A DNA stretch of 64,000 nucleotides. It comes from Laetmonice hystrix (lineage: Eukaryota). Below the pieces are notes generated by a model. It did no database searches and was not told where the DNA came from. It was given only the letters and a program-made list of their open reading frames with translations. A program made the translations under genes and the position numbers. This document shows positions 1 to 13,431 of this stretch, one piece after another (positions within the stretch are counted from its first letter, which is position 1; every line of letters starts with the position of its first letter). Where the stretch lies: assembly GCA_965235115.1 (NCBI GenBank), contig OZ249436.1, positions 44,020,001 through 44,084,000 on the forward strand, given 5' to 3'.

Positions 1-322
1 ATTCTAGTCATTTATTGTCAAGCAAATAAGGCCTAGACCTAAGAAATAAATATCCAAAGTAAATATGTATCAATTACTACCCCAAAAATGTCACTAAAAG
101 TATAGAAACTCTCAAACAGGTCAAGAGAAATTAAATTCAAAATGAAACTACTCCCCCCACCCCACCAATGAAATGGTCAGGGGACCAGCCTAGTTAGCTC
201 TGATAGCCATGCCCTGGACTATGTGGACCAGCAGTCCACTAGTCCCAATCGCTCGGAAGTCCCGAGCAGGGCAGCCTTCTGTGACCTATTACCGCACAGG
301 GTCCAAAAAAAATCGAAAATCG

Positions 323-841
323 AATCTGGAACCAGTAACCAGTAGCTAACTTCACACTGCTCTAATCTGGAACCAGTAACCAGTAGCTAACTTCAAACTG
401 CTCTAATCTGGAACCAGTAACCAGTAGCTAACTTCACACTGCTCTAATCTGGAACCAGTAACCAGTAGCTTACTTCACACTGCTCTAATCTGGAACCAGT
501 AACCAGTAGCTTACTTCACACTGCTCTAATCTGGAACCAGTAACCAGTAGCTTACTTCACACTGCTCTAATCTGGAACCAGTAACCAGTAGCTTACTTCA
601 CACTGCTCTAATCTGGAACCAGTAACCAGTAGCTTACTTCACACTGTTCTAATCGGGAACCAGTAACCAGTAGCTTACTTCACACTGCTCTAATCTGGAA
701 CCAGTAACCAGTAGCTTACTTCACACTGCTCTAATCTGGAACCAGTAACCAGTAGCTTACTTCACACTGCTCTAATCTGGAACCAGTAACCAGTAACTTA
801 CTTCACACTGCTCTAATCTGGAACCAGTAACCAGTAGCTAA
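323..841. repeat. Minisatellite, 41-bp unit, ~12.5 copies
   Basis: AATCTGGAACCAGTAACCAGTAGCT(A/T)ACTTCACACTGCTCT. Confidence 0.95.
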
Positions 842-1134
842 CATTACACTCGTCTTTACGAGACTATCCCAAGCAACCCGTAACTGCTGCCAGAATTCAA
901 ATGCCTCACATGTAGCAGGAAAAGTAAGGAAAGTATGTCACTACAGTCACCGGGTCACTGGTTCGAGACTATCGTATATATATATGCGAGTCCCATGGCG
1001 TTTTTGAGTCTTCTGTATAAACGTTGTCCTCAAACCATGACCCCATTCTAGCGATCGATATACATATAACCACGTATTCCCACTTCAACCAGGCGTGTCG
1101 CCTCCAGAGATACCTAGACCGAACCAACAATTCC

Positions 1135-1340
1135 NNNNNNNNNNNNNNNNNNNNNNNNNNNNNNNNNNNNNNNNNNNNNNNNNNNNNNNNNNNNNNNNNN
1201 NNNNNNNNNNNNNNNNNNNNNNNNNNNNNNNNNNNNNNNNNNNNNNNNNNNNNNNNNNNNNNNNNNNNNNNNNNNNNNNNNNNNNNNNNNNNNNNNNNNN
1301 NNNNNNNNNNNNNNNNNNNNNNNNNNNNNNNNNNNNNNNN
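1135..1340. other. Assembly gap (N run)
   Basis: Ns. Confidence 1.
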
Positions 1341-1970
1341 AAAGTGGGAAGACAACTAAAAAGTAAAAGAGGGAAGCGTGAAGCAGGAAGGTCACTAAAA
1401 GTGGGGGAGGGCATGAGGTCGGAAAGTCACTAAAGGTGGGGGAGGGCATGAGGTAGGAAAGTCACTAAAGGTGGGGGAGAGCATGAAGTAGGAAAGTCGC
1501 TAAAAGTGGGGGAGGGCATGAAGTAGGAAAGCCACTAAATGTGGGGGAGGGCATGAAGTAGGAAAGTCACTAAAAGTGGGGGGCGGCATGAAGTGGGAAA
1601 GCCACTAAAAGTGGGGGAGGACATGAAGTAGGAAAGTCACTAAAAGTGGGGGAGGGCATGAAGTAGGAAAGTCACTAAAAGTGGGGGAGGCCATGAAGTA
1701 GGAAAGTCACTAAAAGTGGGGGAGAGCATGAAGTAGGAAAGCCACTAAAAGTGGGGGAGGACATGAAGTAGGAAAGTCACTAAAAGTAGGGGAGGGTATG
1801 AAGTAGGAAAGTCACTAAAAGTGGGGGAGGCATGAAGTAGGAAAGTCACTAAAAGGGGGGGAGGACATGAAGTAGGAAAGTCACTAAAAGTGGGGGGCGG
1901 CATGAGGTAGGAAAGCCACTAAAAAGAAAGGCGGAATGAAGTAGGAAAGCCACTAAAAGAGAAAGGCCCA
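1341..1970. repeat. Purine-rich minisatellite, ~35-bp unit
   Basis: CATGAAGTAGGAAAGTCACTAAAAGTGGGGGAGGG; begins at the N gap. Confidence 0.95.
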
Positions 1971-1971
1971 G

Positions 1972-2165
1972 AAGTGAAACTGAAGGTGTCTGAATGGAAA
2001 CTGAAGGTGTCTGAATGGAAACTGAAGGTGTCTGAATGGAAACTGAAGGTGTCTGAATGGAAACTGAAGGTGTCTGAATGGAAACTGAAGGTGTCTGAAT
2101 GGAAACTGAAGATGTCGGAATGGAAACTGAAGGTGTCGGAATGGAAACTGAAGGTGTCGGAATGT
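1972..2165. repeat. Minisatellite, 21-bp unit, ~9 copies
   Basis: GGAAACTGAAGGTGTCTGAAT. Confidence 0.95.
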
Positions 2166-3408
2166 CCTTTGACACATCACCAACAAAACTCCGGGCGATG
2201 GGCAGCCGTTATAGCCCCCGTGACCTCGAACTTGGGGGTAACCAGTTTCAGGTCACGCTAGGTTGTCTGGCTGATCGGATGAGGGGAGCCATTGAAAGTC
2301 TGACGGTCAGCAATTGAAGCAAGTATAGGAGGAAACCTTTATCCTGGTCAGGAAGGGTCACATATGACTAGGTCATGGCAGGACGGCCGGCAAGTCACTA
2401 CGGAGAGATATATTTGCGCTGACGTAGGCCTAGATGCAGTGATCCGTGTAGTCTGAGGACCCTATAGGTGGTTGTTTTATAACTAGTGTATTTACGATAA
2501 CCCTCTGTTGTCATGAGTCCGGGTTCGACCAGCCTACTTTACAGCTATAACTACTTCTATCCTGTTGTGGCCTTGAAAGTGACCTTAGTTGTCAACACGT
2601 AAAACTACCATACCTCACTCATTCACCTCATTCACAGCAGTCCCCCCCCCCGCTACCCGGTTCACAGCAGTTCCCCCCCCCTACCCGGCAGTAAAAAGGG
2701 ATAATAAAATAACGTGAAAGCCGGGATCGATTGGTGAAATGTGCATTCAATGAGGTTTCCTGATTCGTGAGAACCTGTCTAACTTTACTGAAAACAAAGT
2801 AAGAGTGTGTCTCAGTTTTCCCCCCAAATGATCTTCCACCGTTTCCTGAAACAAAAGTATTTAAGAATAATATTTCATGAAGTGTTCCTTCTTTTCGTCA
2901 GGTCAGAGATTGATACTAGCTGAAGCTGATCGTTTCCCCCTACCCCCCCCCCCCCCCCCGTTAATTTCGCCCTAACCTGTTGTCTGTACACTCAAACAGT
3001 CACTGAAGGTGACTTGGGACTTGGTCCCTAAATCATGCTCGAGAGTTCGAGGTGTATTCCTTCAAGCCATCTATAACGGTAGAGTGGTATATCTATCATT
3101 GACCTTGACTCTATGTAACCCTATACCTACCCCTTGACATTGCCCTTCTCCGGGCCGGCGGTGGTCAAGCGGTTAGCGGCTATGGTTCAGGGACAATTCG
3201 GACTTCTCCTCACAGGTTCCAATCCCCCCGACTCGTTACCAAAGGCTGAACGTGTAACGCTCCGATTGTAAAGAGAAGGGCGTTGTCCAGGGTTGCGTGT
3301 TTCTTCTTATTTTATCTCATCATCATCTTCATCACTCATATGTGTATAGTTATAAGGATGCACCTGCAGATTCACTCGTTTGTTTACGAATACTACCCCC
3401 TCACTCAC

Positions 3409-6400
3409 CCTGATGTTCACTGGACGACTAGACTTGACCTTCGGGAGGACAGACGCCAGGTCAGGGTATGACCTTTTGGTGGGCTCGCATTCCGGCGGTA
3501 AGGGCAGCTGGGGTCGACGGTATCGATATATAGCGGGGTGTGCTGGGTTGGGCTCACCCGTCACGCATGACTAAAGAACGCGGGGGAGTGTTTCGCTGAA
3601 TGAGACACTGGTCGCGGGCCGGTGCGTTGTCACGACCTGTCTCGACACCCCACTCAGGGTAAAATGCAGGACTGTGGTAAAACTACTAGCAAATCAGACG
3701 CAATATACCACAAACTGGAATAATGGAACGGCCTGAAGTCGTCAGGTAGCTGTGACGTCAAAAAAATGAGTGCTGGAAGATGCTATAATCACAACCCTAA
3801 CCCTCATTATCGCCAGTTTAGTGCTATATCGGCAATGTTCTGATTTATTACAACAATCTCTACCGATCCGAACAGAAATGAGTGGTAACATATCAGCGAC
3901 AGGAATGATTAAAACAAATCTTCGTTTGTAAAAATCCTATTACTTTGAGTCGGTCCATGTCTGTGTCAGATTTCCGCGCCTATTTAAAAAAAGCTGATTA
4001 GGCCCCTACTTAAACAAAGTCGAGAGTAACCAGCTGTTCCTTGTATAAAATCTGACCTACTCAACAAGGTATCATGCTAGCGAATGAACTTGATAAAGTT
4101 AGGCTCCCATGGCAGTATATTATATGAATTACACAAAGGACGGTCATTTCCTATACCGGCGGCATTCGACTGGCATTCTTACCTGCCGTGTAAGTCACGA
4201 CATGAACCCCCGCCGGTCGCTTGACCCAGATTCCAACAGGACCGTGACGGTTACCATATCGCTGGCACCAATCACCATCAGCGTCTCATATCTCTTGGGA
4301 GTACTTCCTACTTTTTCAAAAAAAAAAATCTTTTTGTAAAGGCGTAACACACGTTACAACGACACGCTTAACTTACCCCTTTTAATGTATAAAGGGATTT
4401 TACAACGGTACATCGCCGGGGTTTTAATGGTTCCCCAGCCCAGCTTCCTGTCGCGTTCCAACACTCGGCCTGATGCACTGGCCCGGCCGGCCGGCCGGCC
4501 GGCTGATTTAGGCATTCCACCGTTATGCTGGGCCGTAAAATAAAAAATCACGAATACATGATTTTATGTTTCGATGAGATACATTCTTGATTTTTGTCCA
4601 CCACGGCCAACCATAACAAACTCGGCCGGCCGGGCCAGTCACATCAGGCCCTAAAATGAACCCCGTTGATTAATAGATCCTTCGTGTTTAAATAGGCTTA
4701 GGCCCTACAGGTACGTATCCGTTCATCGATACACTCCATAGAGATACAGGCTTTCAAAATGGCACTGACTTCTTTTCCTAGTCGGCTAAGTTTAATATTT
4801 GGTTATCCAAAATTTCCATGCAGACCTGGTTCAGCTGGGAACTGAATGACGTAATCAGCTAAAGATACTTCCAATGCACGAAGACGGATTTAGTTTGCCC
4901 CGCGAGACAGCTCCATCCTGGTTCTTTAATCTCGTCTTTATACGTTGTAAACTTGTGAGAAAATTAAAACCACCAATCTGGTAAAACTGTACAAAGGACG
5001 ATCGACTATAGACCTATAATAGGGACAGGTCTCGTTTAGCTCTCCCGTAAGGGACAGAGTGTCAGAATTCCTCTATAATAGACCTATAATAGGGACAGGT
5101 CTCGTTTAGCTCTCCCGTAAGAGACATAAACTGAGTGTCAGAATTCCTCTATAATAGACCTATAATAGGGACAGGTCTCGTTTAGCTCTCCCGTAAGAGA
5201 CATAAACTGAGTGTCAGAATTCATTTATAATAGACCTATAATAGGGACAGGTCTCGTTTAGCTCTCCCGTAAGAGACATAAACTGAGTGTCAGAATTCAT
5301 TTATAATAGACCTATAATAGGGACAGGTCTCGTTTAGCTCTCCCGTAAGGGGTATAAACTGAGTGTCAGAATTCATCTATAATAGACCTATAATAGGGAC
5401 AGGTCTCGTTTAGCTCTCCCGTAAGGGGTATAAACTGAGTGTCAGAATTCATCTATTATAGACCTATAATAGGGACAGGTCTCGTTTAGCTCTCCCGTAA
5501 GGGGTATAAACTGAGTGTCAGAATTCATCTATAATAGACCTATAATAGGGTCAGGTCTCGTTTAGCTCTCCCGTAAGGGGTATAAACTGAGTGTCAGAAT
5601 TCAGCTATAATAGACCTATAGGCCTACTAGGGGTAGACTCCTCGACGTCTCACACTGGGCGTGTGTGTTGACAACGACGCCTTCATGACATTGTGTATGA
5701 ATGTAAGACCCCTGTCTAACAACAATGCATGTTGGGATTGTCTCTGCAGCGTTGGTTAACTCTTGGTTCTTGCCAAATCTTGATATAATTAATTACTCCA
5801 GTGGAGCAATGCTAGAGCCATGTCCTGATGAAGAGTGAGCGATAATAGAGGCCAACCCTATAGGCCCCTACGATCAACTCAAACAGAGTGAGCGATAATA
5901 GAGGCCAACCTTATACGATCGACTCAAACAGAGTGAGCGATAATAGAGGCCAACCCTACACGACGAACTCAAACAGAGTGAGCGATAATAGAGGCCGACC
6001 CTATACGACCAACTCAAACAGAATGAGCGATAATAGCGAGCGCAGTGGCTCGCGAAGCGAGCTCTATGACAACACGTGTGAAAGGGTTGCCAAGGTGACA
6101 CATACCGTCTCACAAAAAAAATTCGTCACGTAAAACCGGAACCGGAAAAACCATGGAGCAAATCCATGGAGGGTCATGTGACCCTTGCAGAGCGTGTGTG
6201 ATTTGTGACGTCACAGTGAACAAACGGTCGCGTGAGTGTTTGTTCACTGTGGTGCCATAATATCCCGACGTCCGTGCTGCTAAGTGACCAGTCCTGACAT
6301 TGTTGTAGGCCTCTCGTCGCTGCGCTCGCCTTCTAGGTAGCACCTACATCATATTAGAGGCCAACCCTATACGATCAACTCAAACAGAGTGAGCGATAAT

Positions 6401-9400
6401 AGAGGCCAACCATATTCGACCAACTCAAACAGAGTGAGCGATAATAGCGAGCGCAGCGAGCCGCGCAGCGGCTTGCGAAGCGAGCTCTATGACAACACGT
6501 GTGAAAGGGTAGCCAAGGTGACACATACCGTCTCACAAAAAAATTTCGTCACGTAAAACCGGAACCGGAAAAACCATGGAGCAAATCCATGGAGAAATCC
6601 ATGGAGGGTCATGTGACCCTTGCAGAGCGTGTGTGATTTGTGACGTCACAGTGAATAAACGGTCGCGTGTTTGTTTACTGTGACGCCACAATATCCCGAC
6701 GTCCGTGCTGCTAAGTGACCAGTCCTGACATTGTAGGCTATAAGTTATATATTGTAGGCCTCCCGTCGCTGCGCTCGCCCTCTAGGTAGCACCTACATCA
6801 TATTAGAGGCCAACCCTATACGATCAACTCAGAGTGAGCGATAATAGAGGCCAACCCTATACGATCAACTCAAACAGAGTGAGCGATAATAGAGGCCAAC
6901 CTTATACGATCAACTCAAACAGAGTGAGCGATAATAGAGGCCAACCCTATACGACCAACTCAAACAGAGTGAGCGATAATAGAGGCCAACCCTATACGAC
7001 CAACTCAGAGTGAGCGATAATAGAGGCCAACCCTATACGATCAACTCAAACAGAGTGAGCGATAATAGAGGCCAACCCTATACAACCAACTCAAACAGAG
7101 TGAGCGATAATAGAGGCCAACCCTATACGACCAACTCAAACAGAGTGAGCGATACTAGAGGGTGAGAGAAGTTGCACTTTTCGTGAGATCTCGTGACATC
7201 TCGTACGTGCCTCATTTTCTGAGAGCTGCGCGCCCTAGTTTTCATGGATTCCTACCCAAATTTATAACATATTCTGGGTTTGACAAAACGTGGGAATTCA
7301 ATAACAGTTCAATAAAAGGTTGAGGGATGACCACACCGTCCTCTCTGTCTATAACTATTCCAAATAGGGCCGGTGTTCATGCCTCATAAAAGTTATCATA
7401 AAAACTGAGTTTCATTAAACATCTCCCATTATTATAGCCTACATCTGTCATTTAGGCCTAAATATTCATGAGAACTTAGACTCAAAATAATATACGCCTA
7501 CCATGAGTAACTTATGACGTTTAACCTTTCCCCGGTGAAGTTAGGACTATCAAGCACTGAAAAGGTGTAGACCTGTGTACCTGCAGCATGTTTAAATATC
7601 GGCTCTTATAGTGGACTTCGGATTTGCAACAACAGGGAAGGCATGACAAAGTGACTCACTTGCAGTCACCGGTTGGTTTTTTTCGATACTGAATCAGTTC
7701 GAGCCAACAAGGAAGGGGCGGTGAAATGAATACCAGCAAGGCGCCATGCGTGCTAACGATCTATTACAAGGTTCTACAGGGGTCAATTCCTACAATACAC
7801 ACTCTCAAACTCTATGACAAATGGTCATACGAAATAATTTTATATCTGACCCAGATGCTACTAATTGTTTACACCAGTGAAGTGAGTTCTTTCGATCTTG
7901 GAGTTAATTAATTGATTGGGCACCACGAATACGTTTGGAATATTGATATGACTCCAAGACTTGAAGTCAAGGTGTACAGTGCTTCATGTGAACTTCCCAT
8001 TATCTTACGATATTTTCGCCGACGGTCTCTCAAAGTCTTAAAACTATTTTTTTTTATAGATAGCCTTTATAGAATCTAACTACGAGGTTTCTCATATTAT
8101 TAGATTTCTCATTGTTAGAAAGTGGCTGAGGGCGTAAAGCAAACACACCCTAACCTTCGTGATCACCCTATACATAATGAGATCAGACTGCCCCCTATAC
8201 ATAATGAGATCGGACGGCCCTCATACATAATGACATCAGACTCTCCCCTATACATAATTACATCGGACTGCCCCCTATACATAATGACATTAGACGGCCC
8301 TCATACATAATGACAGCAGACTGTCCCCTATACATAATGACATTAGACGGCCCTCATACATAATGACAGCAGACTGTCCCCTATACATAATGACATCGGA
8401 CGGCCCTCATACATAATGACATCAGACTGTCCCCTATACATAATGACATTAGACGGCCCTCATACATAATGACAGCAGACTGTCCCCTATACATAATGAC
8501 ATCAGATGGCCCTCATACATAATGACATCAGACTCTCCCCTATACATGATGACATCGGACAGCCCTCATACATAACGATATCAGACTGCCCCCTATACAT
8601 AATAACATCGAACGGCCCTCATAGATAATGACATCATACTGTCCCCATACATAATGACATCAGACGGCCCTCATACATAATGACATCAGACTGTCCCCAT
8701 ACATAATGACATCAGACTCTCCCCTATACATGATGACATCGGACAACCCTCATACATAATGGCACCAGACTGCCCCCTATACATAATGACATCAGACGGC
8801 CCTCATACATAATGGCATCGGACTGTCGCCTATACATGATGACATCGGACTGCCCTCGTACATAATGACATCAGACTGTCCCCTATACATGACATCGGAC
8901 TGTCCACTATACATGATGACATCGGACTGCCCTCATACATAATGACATCAGACTGTCCTCTATACATGACATCGGACTGTCCACTATACATGATGACATC
9001 GGACTGCCCTCATACATAATGACATCAGACTGTCCTCTATACATGACATCGGACTGTCCACTATACATGATGACATCGGACTGCCCTCATACATAATGAC
9101 ATCAGACTGTCCTCTATACATGACATCGGACTGTCCACTATACATGATGACATCGGACGGCCCTATTTACATAATGGCATCAGACTGCCCCCTATACATA
9201 ATGACATCAGACCCTATACATGATGACATTAGACTGTCCCCTATACATAATGACACCAGACTGCCCCCTATACATAATGACATCGGACGGCCCTCATACA
9301 TGATAACATCAGACTGTCCCCAAACATAATGACATCAAACTGTCCCCTATACATAATGCCATCAGACTGCCCCCTATACATAATGACATCAGACTGTCCC

Positions 9401-10751
9401 CCATACATAATGCCATCCGACTGCCCCCTATACATAATGCCATCAGACTGTCCCCCATACATAATGACATCAGACTGTCCCCCATACATAATGACATCAG
9501 ACTGCCCCCATTACATGCCCCCATGAGATTTCAGTTAAAATTCCGGGAGACCCGATTTTTAACCCCAATAACAAGCAGGGTCAGAGGTCTCTCAGTGTAT
9601 ATGGAGTCTTGCCGGCCGAACCCACTCGTCAGTTATCCTGTTAAATAGTTGACCTCTGGGATATTTCCGATCCGTGATCGGTCAGTTATCCTGTTAGTTG
9701 ACCTCGCGGATATATTTCCGATCCGTGATCGGTCAGTTATCCTGTTAGATGACCTCGCGGATAGTTCCGATCCGTGATCGGTCAGTTATCCTGTTAGATG
9801 ACCTCGCGGATATATTTCCGATCCGTGATCGGTCAGTTATCCTGTTAGTTGACCTCGCGGATATATTTCCCAGCCGTGATCGGTCAGTTATCCTGTTAGT
9901 TGACCTCGCGGATATATTTCCCAGCCGTGATCGGTCAGTTATCCTGTTAGTTGACCTCGCGGATATATTTCCCAGCCGTGATCGGTCAGTTATCCTGTTA
10001 GTTGACCTCGCGGATATATTTCCGATCCGTGTTCGCTCAGTTATCCTGTTAGTTGACCTCGCGGATATATTTCCGCTCCGTGATCGGTCAGTTATCCTGT
10101 TAGTTGACCTCGCGGATATATTTCCGATCCGTGTTCGCTCAGTTATCCTGTTAGTTGACCTCGCGCCACATGTTGAGATAAAGAAGTCTACCGTAGGGTT
10201 GGATGAAAACTATCACAATCAGTCTGAGAATGGATCGTTTAGACGAGGCCTGCAGCATGACCTTCTGGGCCCCTACATCTTACAGACGACATCTAACATA
10301 GCCAACATTCCACACAGTGTCCTGATCTCAATCAACAAGCCACCATCCAGTGTTACGTGTCTTCTACGATGTTGAATACACCCACGCGTCACGACGCTAG
10401 TACCCCTTCAGTTTAACCCCCCACCCCCGTCCTCTAGGTCTCACGTTAGAGGGTTCTGATTACCCCCCCCCCTCGTACTCACGCTCTTTAATCTAACCGT
10501 TACAAAGTTTATTCTCAGTCCAAAGACATTGGCAGAAATAGCTCGTCTTTCGCATATCCGGTTAATCGAAAACCTTTCAGCATTTGAAGGAAAACTTGCA
10601 CCAGAGGTAGACATACACTGATTGAGAATATTGTATGTGAGTGTAGTCGAGACCACGTGGTCGGATTCATAGACCTGCATACGAAGGAAGTTCACCCAGG
10701 GCCTATTTCTGAGAAAGCCGGGACTATTTTCAGGGGTCAGTTGGGGGCCCC

Positions 10752-10783
<32 letters not shown>

Positions 10784-11683
10784 TACCTTTGACATCTGCG
10801 CCATAGTATGCGTATTAATTAGTACAAGGATTCTGTAAGACACCCGCATGGTCTGCATACACAGGCATTCACAACGTAATTCACGAAGTCTTCAGGGTTG
10901 AATACCTCAGGCCACAGGGACCTCGAGCGTGTAGAAGGACCGGCAGTTGCTACAGTCTCGTCTCGGGTGAGGTTAAGAGGGCATTCATTACTTGCATGTT
11001 GACCCCGCCAGGGTCACAAATATGGCTAAGGAACCGGTGGGTATGGGGCGTGCCCGGAGTTTGCTCCACGGTGGGCGGGTGTCGTGTGGGATGACGGGCG
11101 TCACCTGCTGCCGTAAATAGGTGCAGCTAAGTCACCGCAAATTGTTTAGTCAATCCATCGAAAATAGTCTGGTGGGTTCTCTTAGTAGGCCTACTATACT
11201 CCAATGGAGCGATCTCTTAGTACTAAACCATCCTGAACTCCAATTGGGCGATCTTTTTTTTAGTGGTATACTACATATGTGAACGCAAACCATGTTCATG
11301 AGGGAAGTCCGTAAGTAGCACAACTCCATAAATAATAGGAAACCTCGCATGTAAACGCTGGCAAGACGAGGTTATCCTTTTTTGGTGAATTAAAATATTT
11401 ACATAAAAATTATACAGTAGAAATCACATTCACATAAAAAAAATCATAGGGTTCTAATCCCTTGGCCAAAAAAAAAAGCGGGCCAGAAATGTCCACCCAA
11501 AAGTGAGTCATTCGAACTGGATCAAAAGATGTTGGCCCGGCATGAGTCCAATATCTGATCTGAAAAGTACAATTTCATGCAGAATATAAAAATGTACTCA
11601 CCTCTTTTCTTGCTTATGCCAGGAAGGCCAGATTCGCCTAATGGTAAAATCCTTGCAGTCACCCTTCCATTTTCGTGTAAAAC
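3409..11683 (-). CDS. Candidate orphan spliced gene (exons 11602-11683, 10992-11104, 10504-10674, 3409-3570)
   Basis: Four AG/GT-bounded, stop-free segments in unique sequence between repeat arrays that join phase-compatibly; no recognisable homology. Confidence 0.3.
4467..4650. mobile_element. MITE-like inverted repeat element
   Basis: GGCCTGATGCACTGGCCCGGCCGGCCG / CGGCCGGCCGGGCCAGTCACATCAGGCC. Confidence 0.6.
5007..5620. repeat. Minisatellite, 76-bp unit, ~8 copies
   Basis: TAGACCTATAATAGGGACAGGTCTCGTTTAGCTCTCCCGTAAG...GAGTGTCAGAATTC. Confidence 0.95.
5830..7155. repeat. Minisatellite, ~45-bp unit, interrupted by the duplicated TIR element
   Basis: CAGAGTGAGCGATAATAGAGGCCAACCCTATACGATCAACTCAAA. 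Confidence 0.95.
6036..6778. mobile_element. Two tandem copies of a ~300-bp TIR element (6036-6329, 6447-6778)
   Basis: GCGAGCGCAG...CTGCGCTCGC termini, near-identical interiors, embedded in the 45-bp array. Confidence 0.7.
8166..9522. repeat. Degenerate minisatellite, ~26-29-bp unit
   Basis: TACATAATGACATC(A/G)GAC(T/G)G(T/C)CCC(C)TA. Confidence 0.95.
9630..10164. repeat. Minisatellite, 51-bp unit
   Basis: GTTATCCTGTTAGTTGACCTCGCGGATATATTTCCGATCCGTGATCGGTCA. Confidence 0.95.
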
Positions 11684-12436
11684 CTTGAAATAGTATGTCT
11701 ACAGTGAGCAGTTAGTTGCCGGTCCTAATAGTGGAGGCGCGGTGTTGGATGAGTGTCGCAAGGAACAAGGTGTGTGGTTTAGTTTGCGCCCGGCTATGGA
11801 CTAGAGCCGGACCGGTGGGCATGGGTAAGACGGGCGGCGCTGTGCTTAGGGTGGCTATGCGTGTCCACGTCGCAAGGCGCACGAACATCGCAAGTCATCG
11901 GTGAAGTCGAGCGTGCGATGATGCTTGCCACTGTCCTTACAGTGGGCACCGCCCGGCCGGGTCGCCTGCAAGGATTTTCGTTCAGTTAAAACGACCGTCA
12001 CTGCCAGTAGGTTGTACAATCCGTTCCGAGTCACGGGCAGACGATACGACGACGTCGCTGCGTTCGCATGCGTTCCTTTCCGGACTTTTCTCTTATTTCC
12101 TTAAACGCTCATGGCAAGCGGAAGCGCAATTGCCTTCTGGATACAAGTTGGTAAACGTATTGTGACCGACAGAGACGCTAGGTGTGGTGTCGAGTTAAAG
12201 GCTCGGTGATTCCTGCTCAGGTCCTCTCTGCCTCGAGACAGATACAAGTTGAGCTTTCAGACGGTATATTGGCCGGACATTTTGGTATAAGTCCTAGACA
12301 GGATGTACCCTCTTCTGGAAGAGTTTGCAGGGGTAACAATGCCTGCATGGTGATCAGGGTTTACGATAGGGTGGCCAGTAAACTTACGGTTGGACTGTCC
12401 ATAGGTTTATTAAATGTTCATAAAGCCGGATGTACA

Positions 12437-12848
12437 GGTTTGGCAGTTACCTGCTGAAAGGTTTGTCATTTACCTGCTCTAAGGTTTGTCAGTTACCTGC
12501 TGTAAGGTTTGTCAGTTACCTGCTGTAAGGTTTGTCAGTTACCTGCTGTAAGGTTTGTCAGTTACCTGCTGAAAGGTTTGTCAGTTACCTGCTGAAAGGT
12601 TTGTCAGTTACCTGCTGTAAGGTTTGTCAGTTACCTGCTGTAAGGTTTGCCAGTTACCTGCTGTAAGGTTTGTTAGTTACCTGCTGTAAGGTTTGTGAGT
12701 TACCTGCTGAAAGGTTTGTCAGTTACCTGCTGTAAGGTTTGTCAGTTACCTGCTGTAAGGTTTGCCAGTTACCTGCTGTAAGGTTTGTCAGTTACCTGCT
12801 GTAAGGTTTGTGAGTTACCTGCTGTAAGGTTTGTTAGTTACCTGCTGA
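12437..12848. repeat. Minisatellite, 23-bp unit
   Basis: TTACCTGCTGTAAGGTTTGTCAG. Confidence 0.95.
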
Positions 12849-12888
12849 AAGATCGTTGTCTTTGTCCGGGTACTCCGGGTTCATTCAC

Positions 12889-13015
12889 CAGGGCCCGGTT
12901 CACAAACAAAGTCAATTTTAATTGACTTGAAGTCAATTTTGCTTGAATATGATTGGTTAAAATGGATTTCAAGTTAATTAAAATTGACTTGACTTTGTTT
13001 GTGAACCGGGCCCTG
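12889..13015. mobile_element. MITE family A copy 1
   Basis: TIR GGGCCCGGTTCACAAACAAAGTCAA / TTGACTTTGTTTGTGAACCGGGCCC; second copy at 32413. Confidence 0.85.
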
Positions 13016-13431
13016 TAAACTTGAAAGCATCGACATGGACCCAATGGAAGCCTTTACTTCCAGCCCATCCGTACAGTCTGATGAGCACAGGCTTTTTTTC
13101 TGCGTCTCCTTTTTCCTGCCACTGATGATAATAATGATGACCTTAGTATTCAAAAAAAACAATTATCGTCTTTAATAGTGTCATGTGCGCCGTTGGACTA
13201 TTATAATATGCAGAGTAAGAATATAAAACGACTGCGTCAACATTCCGTATTTTTAGTAAAAGATTTTTTCGTAGATGATGTAATGTGGGGACTGGCACGC
13301 GTGTGCCGATATGTTCCTCTACACGCTCTGAGGGTTTCACGATTTGATCTCACTCCGAGGAGTAGTACAAGACAGAGGTAACAGATCGAAACTCTTCGCT
13401 TCCCTGTCACACGTGTCGTCGTTCATTTGTT

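Noticed and set aside
969-1449. ORFs spanning the first N gap
   Set aside because: Mostly X residues; artefacts of the gap.
9749-10375. 208-aa plus-strand ORF
   Set aside because: Two thirds is the 51-bp array; the remainder is unrecognisable.
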